A DNA stretch of 64,000 bases. It comes from Camelus ferus. Taxonomy: Eukaryota. The stretch covers positions 62,002,001-62,066,000 of the forward strand of contig NC_045696.1 of assembly GCF_009834535.1 (NCBI RefSeq), given 5' to 3'. Under the pieces are notes generated by a model that was not told where the DNA came from, made no database searches, and saw only the letters and a list, made by a program, of their open reading frames with translations. The position numbers were made by a program, and so were the translations under genes. Of the stretch, positions 54,567 to 64,000 are shown piece after piece. How positions within the stretch are numbered: position 1 is the stretch's first letter; every line of letters begins with the position of its first letter.

Positions 54567-55614
54567 AAAAAAGTTATGAGACAAAGGACATTACATATTA
54601 ATAAAAAGTTCAATGTAGCAAGAAGATATAACAATTACAAACATTTGTATGCCTAATGACAAGCCATCAAAATCTATGAAACAAAAAATGACAGCATTAA
54701 AGAGAATAGATACTTCTACAACAACAGTTGGAGATTTCAATGACCCACTCAAAATAATGTGTAAAATAACCAGACAAAACATACGTAAGGAAGTAGAAGA
54801 CTTAAAGGACACAATAAACCAACCAGAACAGACATATTTAGAACACTCTGCCCAACAACAGGATACATTTTTCTCAAGTGCCTTGGAGTTATCTTCCAGA
54901 ATAGACCATATGTTAGGTCACAAATTATGCCTCAATAGATTTAGAAAGAAAGACATCTAATAAAGTATCTCCTATAACCAAAACGGGATGAAGAGAATAA
55001 GCAATAACAGAAGCAAAAATGGAAAATCTGCCAAGTTCTGGAAATTAAACAACACACTCGTAACCAATGAATCAAAGAAGAAACTGCAAAGGAAATTAGA
55101 AGACTTAAAAGATGAATGAGAATGAAAACACAACATACCAAAACTCATGAGACACAGCAAAAGCAGTGCTAAGGGGGAAGTTTACAACTACAAATGCTTA
55201 GCTTAAAAAACAAGAAAGATCTCAAATCAATAACCTAACTTTACAACTTAAGGAACTAGAAAAGGAACAAACTAAACCCAAAGTTACTACAAAGAATGAA
55301 GTAATGAACACTACAGCAAAGATAAATAAAAGAGAAAAGAAAAATAACAGAGAAACTGAATGAGATCAACAGTTGCTTTTTAGAAAAGATAAACAAATTG
55401 ACAAACTTTTAGTTAGATGGACTAAGGAAAAAAGAGAGAAAACTAAATTACTAAATTCAGAAGCAAGTCAGGACATTATTGGTAATTATACAGAAATAAA
55501 AAGGATTATAAGAATATTATAAGTCTAAACCAACAAATTGGATAACCTACACAAAATGGACAAAGTCCTAACCAAGACTGAATTATGAATAGAAAATTTA
55601 AATAGTCTTGTGGG

Positions 55615-56370
55615 CAATGATAAATCCTGGAGAGGATGTGGAGAAAAGGGAACCTTCCGACACTGTTGGTAGGAATGCAGTTTGGTGCAGCCATTGTGGA
55701 AAACAGTATGGAGATTCATCAAGAAACTAAAAATAGATTTAGCATATGATCCAGCAATCCCACTCCTGGGCATATATCCAGAGGGATCCTTAATTCAAAG
55801 ACACCTGCACCAATGTTCATAGTAGCATTATTTACAATAGCCAAGATATGGAAGCAACCTAAATGTCCACTGACAGATGACTGAATAAATAAGTTGTGTT
55901 ATATTTATACAATGGAATACTACTTAGCCATAAAAAATTAAATAATGCCATTTGCAGCAACATGGATGGCCCTGGGGAATGTCATTCTAAGTGAAGTGAG
56001 CCAGAAAGTGAAAGAAAAATACCATATAATATCACTCATATGTGGAATCTAAAAAAAAACAACAAAAAACAAATGAACTTATATATATAACAGAAATAGA
56101 CTCACAGACATAGAAAACAAACTCATGGTTACCAGAGGGGAAGAGATAAACTGGGAGTTTGAGATTTGTAGATGTTGACTGGTATATATAAAATAAACAA
56201 GTTTATACTTTATAGCACAGGGAACTATATTCGATATCTTGTAGTAGCTATCAGTGATAAAGAATATGAAAACAAATATATGTATATTCATGTATGACTG
56301 AAACATTGTGCTGTACACCAGAAATTGACACATTATAAACTGACTATACTTCAATTAAAAAAAAAAAAGA
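55615..56370 (+). mobile_element. Lineage L1 3' fragment (ORF2 C-terminus, 3' UTR, poly(A)) nested in the host L1
   Basis: ggagaggatgtggagaaaaggg..catgtatgactgaaacattgtgctg..A tail; TSD tagtcttgtggg at 55603-55614 and 56382-56393. Confidence 0.9.
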
Positions 56371-56390
56371 AGTGGAATGAGTAGTCTTGT

Positions 56391-56555
56391 GGGGGAGGGT
56401 ATAGCTCAGTGGTTAGAGTACATGCTTAGCATGCACGAGGTCCTGGGTTCAATCCCTGGTACCTCCATTAAAAACTAACTAACTATCTAAATAAAGCTAA
56501 TTACCACCCCCAAACAAAAACAAAAAAATTGCACAAAGTAAATAAAATATTTAAA
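56391..56555 (+). mobile_element. Vic-1-type tRNA-Ala-derived SINE, well preserved
   Basis: gggggagggtatagctcagtggttagagtacatgcttagcatgcacgaggtcctgggttcaatccctggtacctcca, then tail ctaattaccacccc and an A-rich end; intact A and B boxes. Confidence 0.92.
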
Positions 56556-59259
56556 AAATAGTTATAATTAATAAGGAGATTGAATCAGTAGTCAAAAATC
56601 TTCTGACAAAAAAAAGCTCTTGAGATCTGATGGCTTTCTTGCTGAATTCCACCAAACATCTGAAGAACTAACATCAATTTTTCTCAAACTTTGCTCAAAA
56701 ATTGAAGAGGAAGGTGTGCTCCCAAACTTATTCTATGAGGCCAGCATTACACTGATACTAAAGTGAAAGGCAAGGGTTCTATAAGAAAACTGCAGACCAA
56801 CATCCCTTGTGAATACTGATGCAATAATCTCAACAAATACTAGCAAACTGAATTCAGCAGCATATTAAAAGGATTATACACCATGACCAAGTGGGATTTA
56901 CTCCTAGAATGCAAGAATAATTTAACATGTGAAAAATCAATGTAATACACCATGTCAACAGAATGAAGGCAAAAAACAACATGATCATCTCAATCAAAGC
57001 AGGAACGAAGTATCTAACAACATTCAACATTCTTTCCTGATAAAAACACTTAAACAAGAATATAAGGAAACTACAACAGCATAATAAAAGTCATACATGA
57101 AAAACCTACAATGAACATCATACTTTTTCTTGGTGAAAGACTGAAAACTTCTCCTTTAATAAGATCAGGAACAAGGCAAGCAGGCCTACTTTCACCATGT
57201 CTATCTAGTATAGTATTGAAAGTCATGGTCAATTAGGCAAATGAGAAAAATAAATAACATTCAAACAAAAAGGAAAATTATCTGTTTGCAGACAGTATGA
57301 TCATAAATGCATAAAACTCTAAAGTATCACACAAAAATTTGTTCAAACTAATAAACAAACTTAGCAAAGTAGCAGGGTACAGTCAACACACAAAAAGCAG
57401 TTGCATTCCTATACACAAATAATCTGGAAAGAAAATGACATAAACAATTCCATTTACAACAGCATCAAAAAGAATAAAATAATTAGGAATAAACTCAGCC
57501 AACTAGGTGAAAGACTTATGCAATGAAAACTATAACACTGCTAAGAGAAACTGAAGACAACAAAAATAAATGGAAACACATACCACGTTCATAGATAGGA
57601 AGACTTAATACTGCTAAGATATCAATACTACTGAAAGCAATTTACAGATTTCATCCAATCCCTATCAAAATCCCAGTGATTTTTTTTTTTAAGAAATAGA
57701 AAAACCCATCCTAAAATTCATATGGAATCACAAGGAATCTGAATAGCCAAAATAATCCTGAAAAGAAGGACAAAGCTGCATGACTCAACACTTTCTTATT
57801 TCAAAACTTAATACAAAGCTACAGTAATCAAAACAGATTGGGACTGGCATAAAGACAGACATAAACCAATGGAGTCAAACAGAGTGCAGAAATGAACCCT
57901 TACATATACAGGAAAATTATTTCAACAAGGGAGCTAAGACCATTCAATGGGGACAAGGTAGTCTTTTCAGCAAATGATGCTGGGAAAACGGATGTGGATA
58001 TGGATACATACAGACACATGCAAAAGAATGAAGCTGAACCCCTACTTAACATCACATACAAAAACTAATTTAAAGTACGCCCATGACTAAAACAAAATAT
58101 CTAAAACTATAAAATCCTAAGAAGAAAATAAAAGCTTCATGACACTGCATTTGGGAATGAGTCATTGGATATAAAACCAAAGGCACAGGCAACAAAAGAA
58201 AATACAAACAAGGTGGACTTCTGAAAGCTAAAAATTTTGCACATAAAATCACACTATCCAGAGTAAAAAGGCAACCCACAGAGCGGGAGAAAATACTTGC
58301 AAATCATGTATCTGATAAGGAACTAATATCTAGAATATATAGAGAACTCCTAAAACTCAGTAACAAAAAAAACCAACAGCTTAATTCAAAAATGGGTAAA
58401 GGACTTCAACAGATATTTCTTCAGAGAAGATATACAAATGGCCAGTAAGTACATGAAAAGATGCTCAACATCACTAATCATTAGTGAGCTGCAAATCAAA
58501 ACTACAATGAGCTACCACCTCATACCTATTAGGCTAGCTACTATTATGAAAACAGAATATAAGGAGTGTTGGTGAGGAATGTGGAGAAACTGGAACCACT
58601 GCGTACTGTTGGTGGGAATACACAATGATATACCAATGTGAAAAATAGTATGATTAACCTAAAAATTAAAAATTACCATATGATCCAGTAATTCCACTTT
58701 CAGGTATACACTTAAAAGAACTGAAAGTGGAGTCTTGAAGAGGTATTTGTACACCTGTGTAAATAGCTAAAATGTGGAAGCAACCCAAGTTGTTCATTGA
58801 CAGATGAATGGATAAGCAATGCTTGATACATACATAAAATGGGATATTATTTAGTTTTTAAAAGAAAGGAAATTCTGATGCTACATATGCTATAGCATGG
58901 GTTAACTTTAAGGACACTATGCTAAGTGAAATAAACTAGCTACAAAAAGACAAGTACTGTTATGATTCCACTCATATGAAGTACTTGAGTTAAAATCTGA
59001 GACAGAAAGTAGAATGGCACTTGCCAGGGGGGAGGAAGGAGGAATGGGAAATTAGTGTGGGTACAGAGTTTCAATTTTCCAAGATGAAAAGAGTTCTACA
59101 GGTGGATGATGATGATGTTCCTATGACAATAGGAATGCACTTAATACCACTGAACTTTAAACTTAAAAATAGTTAAGGTGGTACATTTTACATTATGTGT
59201 ATTGTACCACAAAAAAAAAAAAACTGGGAAAAAATATATGACTTCAATATAATTAAGAA

Positions 59260-59770
59260 AATGCATCAAACACAGACTGCAGGATATTCTATAAAACAAC
59301 TAGCCTGTTCTCCTGTAAAAGTGCACAAGCATAAAAGATAGACTATGGAGCTACTTCAGATTAAAGCAGACTCATGAAAATTAACTGTAGTTTTGGACTG
59401 GCCAAAGGACCTGTTTTTGTTTTTCTTATAAAGAACATTATTGGGGCAACTGGCAAAATATAATTAAGGTCTGCAGTATTATATTAATGTTAATTTTCTG
59501 GCTTAGTTCATTATATTATGGTAATATTTTTCTTCTTAGGAAAAATATTTAGTATTGTAAAGAATTACTATTCACGGGTAAGAGGGGAATGAGTAAAACT
59601 TCCTTTTAACTGGTTTACAAAAAATAAAATCATAATCGTATAAGAAGAGGAATGATAAAGCAGATGTGGCAGGTAAAAATGTTAACAATTGGGAGATACA
59701 TGTGAAGGTATATAGCATTTCTTTGTACTATTCTTGCAACTTTCTGTAAGTCTGAAATGATTTGAAAATA
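59260..59770 (+). mobile_element. Old L1ME/MC-type 3' UTR
   Basis: ttctataaaacaactagcctg; ttctttgtactattcttgcaactttctgtaagtctgaaa. Confidence 0.65.
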
Positions 59771-60399
59771 ATACAAAACCAACACAAAAACAAAAACAAA
59801 ACCCAAAACACAAACAGAATAGGGGCACTGCAGTGAGATATTAGTGTATGGTTAAAAAAGGCTCACCAAAGTAACCCAAGTATGCTATTTTTTAAAGATT
59901 ATCAATAAAATAAAAATGTATCAAGTCATGCTTTAGATTATACTAATGATCAAATCATTTAAGAGTCAACATTCAGATCTTTTGTGAAACTTGAATGGTC
60001 CAGAAGCAACAAAATGCTCTACAGTGGATCTACCTCTAATGTTAACTACTCTAATGTCATGTGGGAGCTATCTGTCAAGTTGTCTTTTGCGTACACAAAA
60101 GTTATATTCATCTCAGTAACTACATGATTGAAACAATAATGAAAAACTGAACAAAATCAATCCCTCCAAAGCATCTATTTGAGTATGAACAGAGACTTTT
60201 ACACAAATACATAAAATTAGTTATAAAGCATTTTCGACAATACTTTAATTACATGATAGCTAAAGAATCTGGTTTTAGAGAAGAGTATTTACTCTGGGAT
60301 GGAAATAAGCTTACATATTAAAATAGGCCAGTATCATAGAGATTATATGATTGTATCTCCATTAGGACTAGTATCTGTTATACACCTATATGCGCTCAG

Positions 60400-60520
60400 T
60401 TTCTATGTGGAGAAACGGAGGCTGTGAGAAACTGAGTAATTTCCCCATCACACATCCAGGAAGGGGTAAGGCCAGAAAGTGGTAAAGCCAGGTCTCACTA
60501 TAAAGTCCAGGCTCTTTCTG
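60400..60520 (-). mobile_element. MIR fragment
   Basis: tgtggagaaacggaggctgtgagaaactgagtaatttcccca..cacacatc. Confidence 0.55.
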
Positions 60521-61289
60521 CAGCTTCAAACAGCCATTCAATGTATCTTTCCCTGTACCACTCTGAATAATAAGCATAATTCCTACTGCAGGTTTCTATA
60601 AAATTTAAATGACAAGATCAATATAAAAGTACTCTAAAAAGTTTAAAGTTCTACAAGTAATGAAAAATAATATTTAAAAAATTTTCATCTACTTAGCTAT
60701 CTATCTGTCCTCAAATGCATTCTGAAGTAATTAGGGAGGAGTTAGTCCTCCCTGCCCCAATGCTCCCTTTAATAGATGAAGGGAGTATAAAACTTAGAGG
60801 TTAAGTAACCTGCCTGGGTCACAAGTCAGGACTAGACTCTATATCTTGTATCTCCCATTTCTATTTCTATTACATCCTGACTCATCTAAAATGTAAATCT
60901 TCAGGAAAAAAAATTAGTAGACCTTTAGAAGAAAAATTATACCTATGTATAAAGTTAAAATCAGGTTATATACTAGGTGTGGATTTCAAAATTTATTTTG
61001 AGACAAATTTTTATATCACTTTTATTAATTTTATAATGTACATGTTACACTCAATCAGGCACATACTTACTCTGGAAAATGAGGTACACTCACCAGAAGC
61101 TTCTCATATAAAACAACATAAATTATTAAACTACTCTACATGGACTTATAAATATATTTAAAACCTAAAATGAGGCTAGGTAGTATAAATAAGGTTCTTG
61201 TTCACATATCCTCATTTGTTTTTTAAACTTGTTCCTTGGTTTACTATCTTAAGGAAATGTGAAATAACACTAATAATACGAATAACCAA

Positions 61290-61500
61290 GATCTTGTGCC
61301 AGCTGCACATACATTATTATTCTTTCAGTCACTATGAAATATCTCAAGTAAGTACTGTTATCATCTTCAGTGTTACAGATAAGTAAAAAGAGAAGATTAG
61401 CATGGCTAAGTAAGCTGCTTGGTTACACAGCTAGTAAATGGTAGGATGGGAATTCCAAACCAGATCAATCTGACTCTAAATTCTTTATTTATAACTACAA
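61290..61500 (-). mobile_element. MIR
   Basis: gttacagataagtaaa..ggttacacagctagtaaatggtaggatgggaattccaaaccagatcaatctgactctaaa. Confidence 0.7.
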
Positions 61501-63027
61501 GGCTTTGCAATGTCTCAACAATTTCCAAGTGTAGTGTGATGCTAAGTTAGAGACACTTGGAGTAAGTAAGTCAGAGAACTTTAAACAGGAAAAAATTGGT
61601 TCCCTATTGAATATAAGAATAGAAACTACTACAAAATTTCCAATGATTCCAGAAAAGTATTTAAACATCAAAAGACAAGTTAAAGCGACGAGTAAAATAA
61701 ACTTTCAAATCTCCTACTTAAAAAAAAATTAGTTACTTGAAACTACTTAAAAAAAAATCCTAGTTACTTGGAAAGATGTTACATTATTACAATATTACAA
61801 TAACCCTTTGGCTACTTATTTAGAATTATATTTTATTTATAAATTCAATTTCTTCTCTGCAATATAAAGAAAATATCCATCTGGACTCACCTATTTAACT
61901 CTTGGTAGTTTTACAATTATTTAACTTTTAATGATTTTTATAAAGGGTCAAAGACTATGGAGGTAGTAACATAACACAGATTAAAGTCTTAGTAATACCT
62001 TATATTTCCCCTAGAATCCTATTTTGTATAATGTTCCTACCGATTTTCACTTTTAAGGAGAGGGGAAGGGCACTGAGATGAGAATAATCACAGCTGATAC
62101 TCCATATTTCCCCCAATAGGACTAATTTTGACACTGCCTTTATACAGTAAACACACCATTTTTACTAGATTTTATGCTACAGATCAATAACAGTAAAAAT
62201 ATCTAAAGATGCACTTATTCACACTTTAAATGAGATTGAGATCTTTCACACCAAAGATCATTATTATTATACTTAATAATACTACCATTATTTTAACTTT
62301 GGATAATTCTGTTGGTAGGGTAATTCATGTCTTAATAAGCCATCCCTTGGGACTACTAGAGCTCTGAAAACTAAAAATGTTCAGATTCTCTGACATTTGG
62401 CTATTATTTCATTTTATTTTTTGACTGTTATATGTTAACTTTTAAAAAATAAACTTATGATATTAGAATAGTTTTACATTTATAGAAAAGTTACAAAGAT
62501 ACCACAAAGAGTTCCCATACATTTTATATATATATCAGCTATTACTTTTAAATAATAAATGTAAAGTATGTTATCCTACCAAATGACAGAAAGATGAATA
62601 TTTCAAAAGAAGATAAATATACACTGGAAAATAAAATGCTATATATAAAATGATACATCCAATACAAGATCAGGAGGACAATAATTCTTATTATCTTTAG
62701 AAAATAAACAAAATTCCCCAAAGCAAAATATTTAAAAACTGTTTTGTACAGATTTACAAGTGCAAAAAGCATGATATTAAATTTAAGAAGGATCAATATT
62801 ATGAAGTTTAGAATGTATCTTATTTCATAGACAACCTAATAAAATGGCAAATATTGAACCCATTTTATATTAAATTCTAGATATTTCATTGCCTAAAAAT
62901 ACCATTTGAAGCTCAAAGTGAATTACCAAATCTAACAAAGAAACAGTTAAAACAATCTGAAAAGAATACAAATGAAACATTAAAAACAAATAAAAATTTT
63001 ATAAAGAAAAAAGAAACTAATAAAAAC

Positions 63028-63126
63028 CTGTGGTATGGTGGGTAGGATGACAGTACTCTCAGCAGGGACTGGCAGGACAGGGATCACAGGGACAGTGGGA
63101 GAAGAGGGAGGTACAGCTTCTGTTGG
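63028..63126 (-). CDS. DLG1: DLG1 alternative proline-rich exon I1A ([33 protein letters not shown], 33 aa)
   Basis: Manual minus-strand translation matches the DLG1/SAP97 I1A insert; acceptor gatttttag|CCA, donor CAG|gttttt; 99 nt, phase 0-0. Confidence 0.95.
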
Positions 63127-64000
63127 CTAAAAATCATCAACGACAAAAAATCAGGAAAAATACCAAATAAAAGGGAAACATATAACAGAAAGTTTTGTCA
63201 TAAAGATAAGTTATAGTTTCCAGGAATAACTGAAGCAGGTAAAATATTACTTAAATTTAAATGAGAAAATGCTCCCCAGAAATTATTTTAGAATTATTTT
63301 AGAAATAATTATACCACCAATAATAATTTTAACGATTATGTAATTAAAATGAATGACTACTCTTTAGATGTTTAAACAAAAATAATAAAAGATAATGACT
63401 TAACAATATTCCTCAACTGGGAGACAAGACACTCACTTCATAGACTACAAAAATATCTTCCTAGCATTCAGGATATATCTGACTATTTTCTTCTTTGCAT
63501 TCAAAGAATCAAAGTAATTTTATTGCCCATGAGGCAGGCAATTGAGGCTTACAAATCCACAGACAAAATATTCAAAGGACTGAATTTATATCATTTTAAA
63601 CAATCTATGCCATTAACCCCTACTATCAAGAAGTGTAATAATCTGCCTTACATCTGCCTGTAAAGTCATTAATTCAATTTACATTCACTGATTACCTATT
63701 ATGTGCCAAATACCGGAAAAAACAAAAAAGGAAGTGGGAACACTGTGACATAATTTAAACTAAGAAGTTTTGATATTTGTACTCAATTACTCTATCTGGC
63801 TTAATTAAATTATTTTTAGAAAAATGTAGCTGGAACATAGAAAAGATGTTTTGTAACAAGTCCCAATCCCTATAAACTGTATTAATTCATAAATATTTGC
63901 TATACCAATGACATCCTACATAAATAAAAAAAAATTAAAATCAAATCAGTAAGAGGACAATGTACTTTGAGAGAGAATTACAACAGGAAGAACAAATTGC

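Larger units (their letters stand above)
51803..59223 (+). mobile_element. Near full-length decayed L1 (L1MB-type 3' UTR), antisense to DLG1, with nested insertions
   Basis: 5' end gggaagatggcagaa; ORF1 53242..53556 (YEGEIKTFPDKQKL); ORF2 EN 54649..54960 (VGDFNDPL, SRIDHMLGHK); 3' UTR and poly(A) at 59211-59223. Confidence 0.92.

Noticed and set aside
56394..56467. Functional tRNA-Ala gene
   Set aside because: It carries an extra G-rich leader and the SINE tail, sits inside an L1, and related decayed copies occur at 8152 and 26827.
47801..63027. Alternative DLG1 first exon or internal promoter
   Set aside because: No CpG island or recognisable alternative N-terminal coding sequence seen in this intron.

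Overview
AT-rich, repeat-dense mammalian genomic DNA. It is most likely from a camelid, judged by tRNA-Ala-derived Vic-1-type SINEs and lineage-type L1 3' ends. The window lies entirely inside the DLG1 (SAP97/hDlg) gene on the minus strand. Nine coding exons splice in frame with canonical GT-AG sites (1059 nt, 353 codons): the proline-rich alternative inserts I1A (63028-63126) and I1B (47747-47800), PDZ1, PDZ2, the PDZ2-3 linker and the first part of PDZ3 (to 13742). The rest is intron, filled with decayed L1s (two near full-length copies antisense to the gene), short younger L1 3' ends, SINEs, MIR/L2, DNA-transposon MITEs and LTR/ERV remnants. Almost all ORFs in the supplied track are L1 debris or chance. 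I found no convincing novel biological system. The most notable items are a 2.3 kb TSD-flanked ERV/L1 mosaic insertion with an internal exact 50-bp duplication, a three-tier L1>SINE>L1 nest, an L1 3' end inserted into a homologous 3' UTR, a probable retroposed LTR 3' end, and DLG1 substitutions including apparent loss of the T209-P kinase motif. Repeat family names and reference protein comparisons are from memory, not database searches.
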